Below the pieces are notes generated by a model. The model was not told where the DNA came from, did not search any database, and worked only from the letters and a program-made list of their open reading frames with translations. From Patescibacteria group bacterium (GTDB taxonomy: Bacteria > Patescibacteriota > Microgenomatia > UBA10105 > UBA927), in NCBI GenBank assembly GCA_023379025.1, contig JAMCTH010000009.1:133092-197091 (forward strand): a DNA stretch of 64,000 nucleotides. The letters are read 5' to 3'. Below are positions 28,705 to 38,459 of this stretch, piece by piece. The position numbers and the translations under genes are program-made. Numbering within the stretch: position 1 is the stretch's first letter; the number at the start of each line of letters is the position of its first letter.

Positions 28705-30689
28705 CAAATTTCAATCTGCAGACATTCATAAAAAAATTTATCGATCCGATGCCGGACGATACCCCCATCAGGCATGAGGCGGGCGTGCCCCTGTCTATTG
28801 CCGATGTCATCGCGCCGCCCCTTGTCGACGTGGACTTTGATTATCTCAAAATCGGCGAGTGGTATTTCCGAACGCTTTTTGTCGTTGGGTACCCGAGATT
28901 TGTAAGCGCCAATTGGCTCGAACCGCTCATCTCATTCAACCACACGCTTGATATCTCGATGTTTATTTATCCGACCAAATCGGAGGAGGTCCTTGAAAAC
29001 TTAAAAAGGAAAGTTGGTGAGATGGAAGCGACCATCCAGTCCGACATGAAACGCGGACGGGTGGTCGAACCGTCCATACAGGTCGCGCTCGAAGACGCGC
29101 TCTCCCTCCAGCAGGAGCTTGCAAAAGGTTCCGAACGGTTCTTTCAGTTTGGCTTATACATAACCATACCGGCCAAATCTCTTGAGGATGTAAACAAAAC
29201 AACATCGCAGGTAGAGGCAACACTCGGATCACTTCTTATCATTACCAAAAAAGCGGTGCTCCAGATGGATGAGGGATTTAGAACGACACTGCCCATGGGC
29301 CAGGACCGCATTGTTGTCACGCGAAACATGGACACGACCTCCCTCGCCACAACGTTTCCGTTCACGACGTCCGAGCTTACGGCAAACGAGGGCATTCTCT
29401 ACGGCATGAACGAGCATAACGGAAGCCTTATCATCTTCGACCGCTTCACCCTTGAAAACGCCAACACTGTCGTATTCGGAAAATCCGGGGTCGGCAAAAG
29501 CTACATGGTAAAACTGGAAATCATGCGCAGTCTTATGTTTGACACCGAAATCATCGTCATCGATCCGGAAAACGAGTATGAGGCGCTCACGCACGCGCTC
29601 GGCGGCGAATACATCCGGTTCCATTTTGGCTCGACCACAAAACTCAACCCCTTTGATTTGGCCCTTCTTACGCGGGGAGCGCCGAAGGACCTGCGGGCTC
29701 AGGATGCGGAGGAGGAGGAGGAAAGCGAACTCAACCAGAAAATTCTTTCTCTCCACGGATTTTTCCGCGTTGTCATGGGAACATTGAGCGCCACCGAGGA
29801 CGCCCTTCTTGATCGCGCGCTTATTCTGGCTTATAAACAAAAGGGTATTACTCCCGATCCCGCCACCCAAACCCTCGAACCGCCGCTTATGGAAGATCTT
29901 TATAAAGCGCTGGTCGGCATGGAAGAACCGATGGCAAGGGGCCTCGCCGACCGGATAGAAAAGTTTGTAAAAGGGAGTCTTGTCGGCATCTTTGATCAGC
30001 AGACCAACGTGGAGATCAGAAACCCGCTGACGGCATTCTCCATCCGCGACCTTGAAGAGGAGCTCCGGCCGATTGCCATGTATCTCATTCTTGATTTTAT
30101 CTGGACAAAAGTCCGCCGCGACATGAAAAGAAGAATTCTCGTCGTTGATGAGGCTTGGTATATGATGAAATATCCGGATTCCGGACAATTTCTTAACTCT
30201 ATCGCCAAACGCGCAAGAAAATATTACCTGGGGCTAACCACCATTTCGCAGGATGTTGAAGACTTTTTGTCCGTAGACCTCGGAAAGGCCATCATACAAA
30301 ACAGCAGCCTCCAGGTGCTCCTGAAACAGTCAACCGCGGCAATAGATCAGGTTGCAAAAGTTTTTTTCCTATCAGAAGGAGAGAAGCACCTGCTTCTCTC
30401 GGCGGACGTCGGAGAGGGGCTCTTTTTTGCCGGTCCGGCACACGCTGCCGTCCGCGTCATTGCTTCCCCAGTGGAGCACGAACTCGCAACCACCAAACCG
30501 CAGGAGCTGGCGGGAAGAAGGCCGCTGCAGTCCGGTCAGGCTTCTTCCGCAGGAGACCAGGCTGTTCAGCCGGCCGGAGCGGATGGGGCCCGGAAGCCTC
30601 CCGCAATGCCAACGGACCACAGAACGCTTCCTGTTTCTAACAGGCCGATATTTACTGTTGAAACGGTTGCCCAGCCGAAACTATCCTAA
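28701..30689 (+). CDS. VirB4-like ATPase
   Basis: FGKSGVGKS, IDPENEY, LNPFD, VVDEAW, KRARKY, SQDVEDF. Confidence 0.92.
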   Translation: MTNFNLQTFIKKFIDPMPDDTPIRHEAGVPLSIADVIAPPLVDVDFDYLKIGEWYFRTLFVVGYPRFVSANWLEPLISFNHTLDISMFIYPTKSEEVLENLKRKVGEMEATIQSDMKRGRVVEPSIQVALEDALSLQQELAKGSERFFQFGLYITIPAKSLEDVNKTTSQVEATLGSLLIITKKAVLQMDEGFRTTLPMGQDRIVVTRNMDTTSLATTFPFTTSELTANEGILYGMNEHNGSLIIFDRFTLENANTVVFGKSGVGKSYMVKLEIMRSLMFDTEIIVIDPENEYEALTHALGGEYIRFHFGSTTKLNPFDLALLTRGAPKDLRAQDAEEEEESELNQKILSLHGFFRVVMGTLSATEDALLDRALILAYKQKGITPDPATQTLEPPLMEDLYKALVGMEEPMARGLADRIEKFVKGSLVGIFDQQTNVEIRNPLTAFSIRDLEEELRPIAMYLILDFIWTKVRRDMKRRILVVDEAWYMMKYPDSGQFLNSIAKRARKYYLGLTTISQDVEDFLSVDLGKAIIQNSSLQVLLKQSTAAIDQVAKVFFLSEGEKHLLLSADVGEGLFFAGPAHAAVRVIASPVEHELATTKPQELAGRRPLQSGQASSAGDQAVQPAGADGARKPPAMPTDHRTLPVSNRPIFTVETVAQPKLS

Positions 30690-30701
30690 TACCGGTTTTG
30701 T

Positions 30702-33035
30702 ATGCCCGATAAAAACCACACCACACCCCAGGGAACGCTCGAGACCTTATTCCGGAGTGACCCCGCGCTCCTAAAGGCCGTTCAAATATTTGAGTATGCA
30801 AAAACACAACCGGAGTGGGAAAGCAAACTTACAACATTCCTCCAACAGACATACAACCTGACACCCGGACAATACGTTCTGACGGACCGGGTGTTTGGCG
30901 AGGCAATTAAGGCTTTTGCCCGACACTATCTGTTTGACACGGAGAGCGACCCCTCTGAGGGGCAAACGCTTGCTTCCACCGTTCCGCTCGACATCATCGA
31001 AAGCGCGTTCGTTTATCCGGAACGGCACCTTCAGGAAGAGACGTACCGTTCGTTTGCCAGACGTTTAACTGAAAATTATTACAACCAGACCGAACGATAT
31101 CTCCGGCGGGAGCAGGCCGAATACAACGCACGGCACCAGCTTGAGGAGTCAAGGAGGCGAGAGCGTGTGGCGGCCGCCATTGCTGACGCCGCCCAAAAGG
31201 CGCAATCAGCCGATGTATTCGAGGTTGAAGCACGGAGGATTCTCGATGCAAATGATGTAGTACAAAACATCGGGCCTCAGCGCGCCGCAGACCTTGTCCT
31301 CAGGCGGGAAATGGAGGTCTTTTCTCCGGCATCGGCTGTCCGGGACAGGGCCCGCGCAATTACCGACGAAATGCTCCGGTCCCGCACGAACCGTCCGGAT
31401 CTGCTTGCCGCAACCCTCGTGGAACAAAGCGCGTCTCACCCAAACACCCTTATTGCTTCATTGGTACCGGCCGCAGAGCGTGAAGCGGCGGCCCTTGGCG
31501 TCATAACGGCCGCCTATGTTCCGGGACACCCCGGCACACCGCCGGACAGAATCTTGCGTGCCTACAAGGATGGTGCCGCACAGCTATTGGGTGATGTTGC
31601 TCTTGGCATGTTGAATCCGGAGACAAGAGACCGCGTCATCGAGGCGGTGAAAGGACAATCATTTGAGCGTGCCATAAACGACAGGGGCGGACTGGAGAAA
31701 CGGTTCGGGACAGGGACAACCCCGTTTCTCGTACAGCTCCGTGCTGATACGCACAAAGCGGTCGCGGAAAGTTCTGCTGCCGCCCTGCGGAGCGCCAACG
31801 CCCACGGGCTTGCGGACAGGTGGCTTGCGCCGCTTCTCCTGCGATGGGGGCCGGGAGCGGTTCCTGTTGACGAGACTGCGTTCGCGCTGGTAGGGTTTGT
31901 GCAATCTTCCGGATTCTCATCGTTCCGGCCGCCCACCCCACCCACAACCCCCCCCACCGCCCATCCCGGGCTTGTCCCAGGAATCTATGCACAGAAAGAA
32001 GGGGCGCTACAATTTCTCTCAGCCGTGTGGGGGTGTCCAGAATTTCATCTGGCCACCCTGGTTCAGCAAAATATGGTGTCGGTCCGGTTTTCATATCTTG
32101 CTCTTTCACAGGATTTGTTTCTGTGGATTACCACAATCGGCTCCCCGGTTAAAAAAGCGGGCGCCATGGGAACTCTGGCTGCCATCGGAAAATCGGGTCT
32201 CTCAACAGGACTCGCCATCCTATTAGCCCCTGAAACGGGGGGCCTAAGTTTAATCGGAAAGATGGCTCTCAGTTTTTCTATAGATAAACTAACCAACGGA
32301 ATTTCCGGGGCGTTCCGTTTTTTTTCAAACCCCACGGGAAAAGAGGACCGGCTGGCTATGAACGGGTGGCTACTCCCCTTTCTCATTATCGCCCTTACAC
32401 TCATCCCTCTTTGGTTATTGTCAACGGCTTTTATGAGAGTGACGTCCGGCGCATTCAGTGTAACATCGAAACAAATCGGCAGCGGCCCGCCGGCCGGTAC
32501 GCCCATTATTTACACCGGCCCTCCTCCTCCGGCAACCCCGCGCGTTCCCTCCGCGGGACTCGCGGGCTGTCCTGTGGGCGGCGGCGTAGTTACGCAGGGA
32601 CCAAACGGCGCGGAGTCCCACCGGGGAATTGACGCGTATGACTTTGCCGTACCAATGGGGACGCCCGTCCGGGCCACGAGCGACGGCTTTGTTGCTGCGG
32701 CGGTGACGTCGTTTCGTCCAAACGAGTATAAATACCAGGACTTTGGGAACTATGTCCGCATGGTCGGAAGCGGCCCGGGCGGCGAATACTACACAACCTA
32801 TGCACACCTATTGAGCATAGCCCCGGAAGTTCAAACGGCGCTTCAGGCCGTGAGCGAAATGACAAACAGTCCGGCACGGCAAAATGACCCGGAACTTCTA
32901 AAACAGGCGACGATACGGGCGGGAACCATCATCGGATACACCGATAATACCGGTTACAGCACGGGGCCGCATCTTCATTATCAATATAACGGCCCCGGGC
33001 AAATGGTACTCCCTGACGGCTGTGGAGGACAATAA
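30702..33035 (+). CDS. membrane-anchored protein with C-terminal M23 peptidase
   Basis: TM segment followed by HRGID, GTPVRAT, FGNYV, YAHL, TGYSTGPHLHY. Confidence 0.85.
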   Translation: MPDKNHTTPQGTLETLFRSDPALLKAVQIFEYAKTQPEWESKLTTFLQQTYNLTPGQYVLTDRVFGEAIKAFARHYLFDTESDPSEGQTLASTVPLDIIESAFVYPERHLQEETYRSFARRLTENYYNQTERYLRREQAEYNARHQLEESRRRERVAAAIADAAQKAQSADVFEVEARRILDANDVVQNIGPQRAADLVLRREMEVFSPASAVRDRARAITDEMLRSRTNRPDLLAATLVEQSASHPNTLIASLVPAAEREAAALGVITAAYVPGHPGTPPDRILRAYKDGAAQLLGDVALGMLNPETRDRVIEAVKGQSFERAINDRGGLEKRFGTGTTPFLVQLRADTHKAVAESSAAALRSANAHGLADRWLAPLLLRWGPGAVPVDETAFALVGFVQSSGFSSFRPPTPPTTPPTAHPGLVPGIYAQKEGALQFLSAVWGCPEFHLATLVQQNMVSVRFSYLALSQDLFLWITTIGSPVKKAGAMGTLAAIGKSGLSTGLAILLAPETGGLSLIGKMALSFSIDKLTNGISGAFRFFSNPTGKEDRLAMNGWLLPFLIIALTLIPLWLLSTAFMRVTSGAFSVTSKQIGSGPPAGTPIIYTGPPPPATPRVPSAGLAGCPVGGGVVTQGPNGAESHRGIDAYDFAVPMGTPVRATSDGFVAAAVTSFRPNEYKYQDFGNYVRMVGSGPGGEYYTTYAHLLSIAPEVQTALQAVSEMTNSPARQNDPELLKQATIRAGTIIGYTDNTGYSTGPHLHYQYNGPGQMVLPDGCGGQ

Positions 33036-33037
33036 TC

Positions 33038-34069
33038 ATGAAACGCAGACACATCGTCGTCCTTTTTGCGCTTTTTATTGTTTCTCTTTTTTCCGCGTAT
33101 CTGTGGCGTACGCAAAAACGTCCGCCCCCGCCGCAACCGATAGGCGGAGCCCGGTCCGCCGTCCCGATACCTCCCCCGAGCTTTCCTCCCGTACCCACAA
33201 TAGAACAGCCTGCGTACGTCGTTCCAACAGAAGCGGCGTTTCCCGGTTCTCTCCCTGCGTATGTCCGCACGTCTTCATTTTCAGACAACACACCTCCTTC
33301 TTCTGTAGCGGCGCGCCTGGGGTTCTCTGGTACCCCAAAAACGCTCGCTACAAGCCGGGGGAGTGTGTATTTATGGACAAACGGGGCGGCGTCTTTTACC
33401 ATCGGAGGAAATCCCGCGGACTTTGATTACCAATCCGGAGAAAATGCGGGTCGGCAAATCACAACAATTACCCCGGAAGGCGCACGGGCAATGCTTGAGG
33501 CGTTTCTGAAAAAAGCAGGGCTTACGGGCCCTGAAACAGGGTTTTCATTAACGGCGATCCACTACTTTGACCCGAAAAGCCCGGGCGGAGCAAACGAGAT
33601 ATTTGATGCATCACGGGCGACTCTCGCTCTTTTTGTTTTCGACTATACGCTTGGAGGGCGCCCTCTCTATGGTGGTATTCCCGGCACCGGAGGCATATCC
33701 ATCCGTATAAACGGGACGGGCTCCGTTGTTTCCGTTTCCGGCTATTGGTATCCAGGCCTGAAAAAAGAGGGGTCCTTCCCCATTATTTCGTCTGCGGCGG
33801 CTGTGGCGCGGCTCATCGCGCATTCAGGAGTGCTGCTGGATGTTTCGTCAACAAACAAGACCAACGAAGAACCGGAAACGTTCTCCCTGGCAACCACAAC
33901 CATCACGAAAACGGAGTTGGGATATTATGCGTCCCAGGGAGAGTCCCGGCTTTCCCCAATTTTCGTGTTTTTCGGGAAAAGCAACAATGATAACACGGGA
34001 AATCCGGTAACGACGGTGAGTGTCGTGTCGGCGGTCGCAACATTATCCGCCACGCCGGCGCAGCGATAA
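33038..34069 (+). CDS. membrane-anchored exported hypothetical protein
   Basis: N-terminal TM, Pro-rich stalk, LGYY...LSPIFVFFG; 2 bp after the M23 gene. Confidence 0.75.
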   Translation: MKRRHIVVLFALFIVSLFSAYLWRTQKRPPPPQPIGGARSAVPIPPPSFPPVPTIEQPAYVVPTEAAFPGSLPAYVRTSSFSDNTPPSSVAARLGFSGTPKTLATSRGSVYLWTNGAASFTIGGNPADFDYQSGENAGRQITTITPEGARAMLEAFLKKAGLTGPETGFSLTAIHYFDPKSPGGANEIFDASRATLALFVFDYTLGGRPLYGGIPGTGGISIRINGTGSVVSVSGYWYPGLKKEGSFPIISSAAAVARLIAHSGVLLDVSSTNKTNEEPETFSLATTTITKTELGYYASQGESRLSPIFVFFGKSNNDNTGNPVTTVSVVSAVATLSATPAQR

Positions 34070-34084
34070 ACGAAGCCCCCCTCG

Positions 34085-35197
34085 CTATTCTGCCCCGCTT
34101 ACTCTCACCGGCATAATGATATGCAAAAACCCTTCGTGTTTCACAGACCGGAAAACCCCTGAATTTAGTGCGCCCGTCATTTCAAACGCAATCTCGTCTT
34201 CCTGGTATACAGACAGGAGATCAAGAATAAATCTGCTGTTAAATGCAATTTCTCCCCCCTCCCCGTCGAGCCTGCCGTCCAGAGAGACACGGCTTTCTCC
34301 TGCTTGAGGCGTGTTGGATGAAATAACGGTGTTTTTTTCTTCGATACGCAAGCGGACAATGTTTGCGTTGTCCTTTGCAAAAATCGCGGCAGACCGGACA
34401 GCCTGATGAAGCTCTTTTTTGTCATAAATCACGCGGGTGGTGTGTTTTTGGGGAATAATTTTCCCAAAATCCGGATATTCCCCGTCAAGAGCGCGCGTTG
34501 CTATTTCCGTGTTTCCAAAACTAAATAGCAGCATGTGCTCCTGAGACATCGAAAAAGACAGCCCGTTTTGATCTTTTTCTTCCTGCAGAAGCCGTGACAG
34601 CTCCAGCAGGGCGCGGGACGGTATAACGGCATCCAACCCTTTTATCAGATCCCCTTCCAGGCGGTACAGAGACAACCGGTATCCATCGGTCGCCACAACC
34701 ATGGTGTCCTTTTCCTCATTTTTTATCCTTACTCCCGTAAGAATGGGTCTTCCTTCGTCCGAGGAAGCCGCAAAAAGCACAAGAGAAAGCGCCGACACCA
34801 TTTGATCTTTGTCTATGATCTGTTTCTTTGAGACTGATGAGGCGGGAAAAGGCGGAAATTCCGAGGCAAGCACCCCTTGCACCACTGCTTCTGATTTTCC
34901 GCCGATTACACGAAGTGATTCTCCCTTGGCTTCAAGCGTCACACCGCCTTGGGGCAGAGACTGTACAAACTCCGTAAGAAGACGGGACGGGAGACATAAA
35001 GCACCTTCTTTATCTACTTTTGCTCCCAACGAAGCCCTTTCCGTCGTTTCAAGGTTCGTCGAGGTGATATACAAAAGACCGTCTTTCGCTTCAAGTAATA
35101 CGTTTTGGAGAATAGGAAGTTGCGGCTTTAAGGAGACGTTTTTTCCCGCCCGCGTAAGTCCTTTAAGAAGGTTTTCCTGAAGCAGAGAAAGTTTCAT
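34085..35197 (-). CDS. dnaN: DNA polymerase III beta clamp
   Basis: MKLSLLQENL, LPILQNVLL, RPILTGV, VATDGYRLS, IAFNSRFI, IIMPVR. Confidence 0.97.
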   Translation of the reverse strand: MKLSLLQENLLKGLTRAGKNVSLKPQLPILQNVLLEAKDGLLYITSTNLETTERASLGAKVDKEGALCLPSRLLTEFVQSLPQGGVTLEAKGESLRVIGGKSEAVVQGVLASEFPPFPASSVSKKQIIDKDQMVSALSLVLFAASSDEGRPILTGVRIKNEEKDTMVVATDGYRLSLYRLEGDLIKGLDAVIPSRALLELSRLLQEEKDQNGLSFSMSQEHMLLFSFGNTEIATRALDGEYPDFGKIIPQKHTTRVIYDKKELHQAVRSAAIFAKDNANIVRLRIEEKNTVISSNTPQAGESRVSLDGRLDGEGGEIAFNSRFILDLLSVYQEDEIAFEMTGALNSGVFRSVKHEGFLHIIMPVRVSGAE

Positions 35198-35378
35198 TAT
35201 ATTGAAATATTCTATTAGTAATAGTAAATAGTAACTGCCGTGGAAAAGTGTATGTCTTTTTGTTTTTCCTGTCAACGCAGAGAGAATGTCCTGTTTTTTG
35301 TCTGGGGAAAAGAGGGGGAAAGCGGTGGATAACTTGGTGGATAAGTAGAGGATAAATGGGGATAAGTGGAAAAGCAGG
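35198..35378. other. oriC: replication origin oriC (dnaA-dnaN spacer)
   Basis: Co-oriented DnaA-box variants at 35303, 35324, 35336, 35347, 35357, 35365; TAG/TAA trio-like tract 35216-35234 next to GCC and box CGTGGAAAA (35239). Confidence 0.85.
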
Positions 35379-36728
35379 TTAATTTTGTACCCCAAGCTTT
35401 TGTTTTATCCCCGACACCTCGTCCCGGAGCCGGTAGTTTGTGGACATCTCTTTTGTGATGGTTTCAACCCCGTGCATGACGGTGGTATGATCCCTTCCTC
35501 CGAGTATTCCTCCGATATCCTCATGGGTAAGCCCCAGTTCCGTTTTGCAAAGATACATAATCACCTGCCGGGGCCGGGCGATGGGACGGTCTCTTTTTGG
35601 CCCTTTCAGCATGGTGGGCTTAATGTTGTAAAAGGACGCCACAGCTTCAAGGATTTCCTGGGGATGGATGCGGACAGCGGGGCTTAATCTCCCCTCTCCG
35701 TTCGCGGGTTTTGTACCGAGAATTGATGTTACGACATCGGGCGTAATGGGGGCGCTTACGGTTGTAAGCCTTCTGAGAAATCCTTCGATGGCCCGGGTGT
35801 CCGTCACGTTTGCCGCTATGAGCCGTGCTGCATCAGGCGGAACAGAAAGTAAAAACGCTCTCGCCTTTATGTTCACGATTGCGACCCTGAGTTCAAAGTC
35901 CGGCTGTGAGATGTCGACGGTAAGCCCGCCCTCAAATCTTGACCGGAGCCGCTCTTCGAGTTTGGATATTTCCGCCGGGGGCCGGTCGCTCGTCAGGATA
36001 ATCTGTCCCCCTTCCCGGTGCACCGCGTTGAACGTGTGGAAAAATTCTTCCTGGGCGGTCTGCTTTCCCGCGATAAACTGGACGTCGTCAACCATGAGAA
36101 GTTCCGCGCTCCGGTATTTCTGCTTGAAAAGGCGGGCCGTCTTTGTTTGAATAGCCTCGATAATGTCGTTTAAGAATTCTTCCCCCATGCAGTAGACGAT
36201 TTTTGCCCCGGGTTTTTTTGACAGAACGCTGTTGGCTACCGCGTGCATGAGGTGCGTTTTTCCCACGCCGACACCTCCATAAAGAAACAAAGGGTTGTAG
36301 GCCGAGCCCGGCGACTTGGCAACGGCGGTGGCCGCCGCATAGGCAATCTGATTGCTTGTTGAAACGGCAAAATTATCGAATGTTGCATCCCCCCTGATGT
36401 GGAGACTCCGCGCCCCCGGACCTTTCTGTATTACAACCTCAACAGCAGGCTGTTCAAACAGCGGGCCGGTATTTTTGGTTACCACAGGAAATACGACAAA
36501 AAGAACACTCGTGTTTTTTCCGGTTTTATGATCGAGGATGGTTTTTAGAAGCGAATAATACCGGGCTTCCACCATGCTCCTGATCAGGGCGCTCGGAAGA
36601 CCGACTGTTGCAATGCCGTCCTTAAGGTCCATAAGCCGGGCGTCTTTAAAATGTGTTTGGTATGTTGCTTTTGATACGGAGAGCTCGATCTCCGCAAGGA
36701 CAGATTTCCACAAGGTTGCTGCTTCCAT
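35379..36728 (-). CDS. dnaA: chromosomal replication initiator
   Basis: YNPLFLYGGVGVGKTHL, DDVQF, QEEFFHTFN, RLRSRFEGG, GGRDHTTV. Confidence 0.99.
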   Translation of the reverse strand: MEAATLWKSVLAEIELSVSKATYQTHFKDARLMDLKDGIATVGLPSALIRSMVEARYYSLLKTILDHKTGKNTSVLFVVFPVVTKNTGPLFEQPAVEVVIQKGPGARSLHIRGDATFDNFAVSTSNQIAYAAATAVAKSPGSAYNPLFLYGGVGVGKTHLMHAVANSVLSKKPGAKIVYCMGEEFLNDIIEAIQTKTARLFKQKYRSAELLMVDDVQFIAGKQTAQEEFFHTFNAVHREGGQIILTSDRPPAEISKLEERLRSRFEGGLTVDISQPDFELRVAIVNIKARAFLLSVPPDAARLIAANVTDTRAIEGFLRRLTTVSAPITPDVVTSILGTKPANGEGRLSPAVRIHPQEILEAVASFYNIKPTMLKGPKRDRPIARPRQVIMYLCKTELGLTHEDIGGILGGRDHTTVMHGVETITKEMSTNYRLRDEVSGIKQKLGVQN

Positions 36729-36816
36729 AATTGCTGCGGGCAGGTACGGGATTTGTAATAACGAGCACTATGTCTTCTGTCTCCACGGGACAAAAGGGAC
36801 CCGTGTAAGGCGCTTC

Positions 36817-36835
36817 CGTGGATAAGTTATCCACA
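36817..36835. promoter_or_regulatory. inverted pair of DnaA boxes upstream of dnaA
   Basis: CGTGGATAA-G-TTATCCACA (second box is perfect). Confidence 0.85.
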
Positions 36836-36901
36836 TCCTAAATGTGTCCTATTCTTTTGTCAATAGGATGAAAATATTAGCCTCCTACCCAAACACGGCT
36901 G

Positions 36902-38449
36902 TTAGAAATACCCTTCCCTTGTTAATCGTTCTTTTGTAGAAGGGGCCATCCATGAAGGAGAAACACTGTTGTTTGGAATGGCAAGCCGGGCGGTCTGCAG
37001 AATTGCCCGAAGTTGTTCTGCATAAAAATTTGAAACACCCGCGCTTTTGTTTATAAGATTATGAAGTTCTTTCGGATCAGACAATTTATCATATAATTCT
37101 GCAGACCCCGTGGATACGGTGTCGGGTTCAATATAGAGCCATCGGCCATTTTCAATGCGGTAATAATGTAACGTTTCTCCGGCGGCATAGAGACTGACAT
37201 CTGATTTGCCGTAAATTTCCGGTAAAAGCGAATTGCCCCGGGCTAGCGGATCAGGCTGAAGACCAGTAGCATCAAGAATTGTAGGAAGAATGTCGATGTT
37301 TCTTGACACACCTGTAAACGACGTTGGTTTTGCTTCCGGTACACGGACTATAAGCGGAGTGTAATAAAGCTCTGTATAAGGGCTTGGATCATGGGAAAAG
37401 CCGCCGTGTTCGCCAAAGTTTTCCCCGTGGTCCGACATAAGTATGACAATTGTTTTCCGTGCGACCCCGGGGGTCAATAGATACGCAAAAAAGCTCGATA
37501 GTTTTTTATCAAGCGTATGAATTTTTGTGTCATACATAAGCCTTAGGTAGGCACGGTGTTCGGGGTTTTTTGGATCGATATGTTGGAGGTAAGAATGATA
37601 GTATGCGCTCCAAGATCGAAGTATTCCGTTCTTATCCGGGACGCTGTCCAGACTAAAAAACAAACTCAGAAGTTTTTTGTCGTTGTCTGGGCCGGTGGAC
37701 GTAAAAAGGTCTTTATGCGTTTTAATGGAGTCTCTTGAAAAAATATCCTGATAATTGGTCCGCAGGTATTCCGCAAGCTCCTTGTGATACGCTTCTTCAT
37801 TTAGAGGAAACCCGTCCGGTTTTACCATGTTCACCATCGGACTAACTCCTGGATCAAGAAGATAAGGGAGGTGGAGGTACGCGGAATAAAACTGAATGAA
37901 AAAGGGGGCGCTCGATTTATTTATCTTTTTCAACTCCTGCAGCCAATTTTGGGAGTCAATAATGCTGTCGTAGCCCCGTGTTCCGCCGTTTTCCTTTGAA
38001 ATGGAATATGGCCCTGTCTGTCCGACATACAGCGTTCTATAGCCCGCCGATTGTAATATTTGAGCGAGGGTTGGGATGGTGGGACTGAGCCTGTCATCAA
38101 ACTCTGTGTAGACGCGGTGTTCCCATGGGTATACCGACGTGATTGTGGAAAACAGGCTTGGGAGCGTCCAGTGGGCTTGAGTATAGTTTTGTTTGAATAG
38201 TGCGGATTTTGCGGCAAACGCGCAGAGCTCTGGCGCCGTGTTTCTTTTATATCCATAACAAGGCAGGTCATCTGCCCTTAGAGTGTCGATATCTATAAGG
38301 ACAACGTTACAGTTCGGACACACGGTCCCGGATTGACGACCACGAGACAGTGTCGCGTCATGAATGGCGAGAAGAATCAAAATAAGCGCAAACACACACA
38401 GGACGGCGGGTTTAATGTGGGTGAGCGCCGTGTGTTTTATCGTTTTCAT
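36902..38449 (-). CDS. membrane-anchored sulfatase-like enzyme (Thr nucleophile)
   Basis: NVVLIDIDTLRAD, HWTLPS, HLPY, SDHGE, DILPT. Confidence 0.88.
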   Translation of the reverse strand: MKTIKHTALTHIKPAVLCVFALILILLAIHDATLSRGRQSGTVCPNCNVVLIDIDTLRADDLPCYGYKRNTAPELCAFAAKSALFKQNYTQAHWTLPSLFSTITSVYPWEHRVYTEFDDRLSPTIPTLAQILQSAGYRTLYVGQTGPYSISKENGGTRGYDSIIDSQNWLQELKKINKSSAPFFIQFYSAYLHLPYLLDPGVSPMVNMVKPDGFPLNEEAYHKELAEYLRTNYQDIFSRDSIKTHKDLFTSTGPDNDKKLLSLFFSLDSVPDKNGILRSWSAYYHSYLQHIDPKNPEHRAYLRLMYDTKIHTLDKKLSSFFAYLLTPGVARKTIVILMSDHGENFGEHGGFSHDPSPYTELYYTPLIVRVPEAKPTSFTGVSRNIDILPTILDATGLQPDPLARGNSLLPEIYGKSDVSLYAAGETLHYYRIENGRWLYIEPDTVSTGSAELYDKLSDPKELHNLINKSAGVSNFYAEQLRAILQTARLAIPNNSVSPSWMAPSTKERLTREGYF

Positions 38450-38459
38450 ATTGATTTCC

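Noticed and set aside
24290-33035. Integrative conjugative element
   Set aside because: No integrase, relaxase or flanking direct repeats; genes are interleaved with housekeeping loci
35303-35373. GGATAA repeats as a CRISPR or tandem repeat
   Set aside because: Units are 9-bp DnaA boxes with no spacers; no cas genes or CRISPR array seen in the window
35198-35395. 66-aa N-terminal extension of DnaN
   Set aside because: Reads through the DnaA-box array; DnaN begins at MKLSLLQENL
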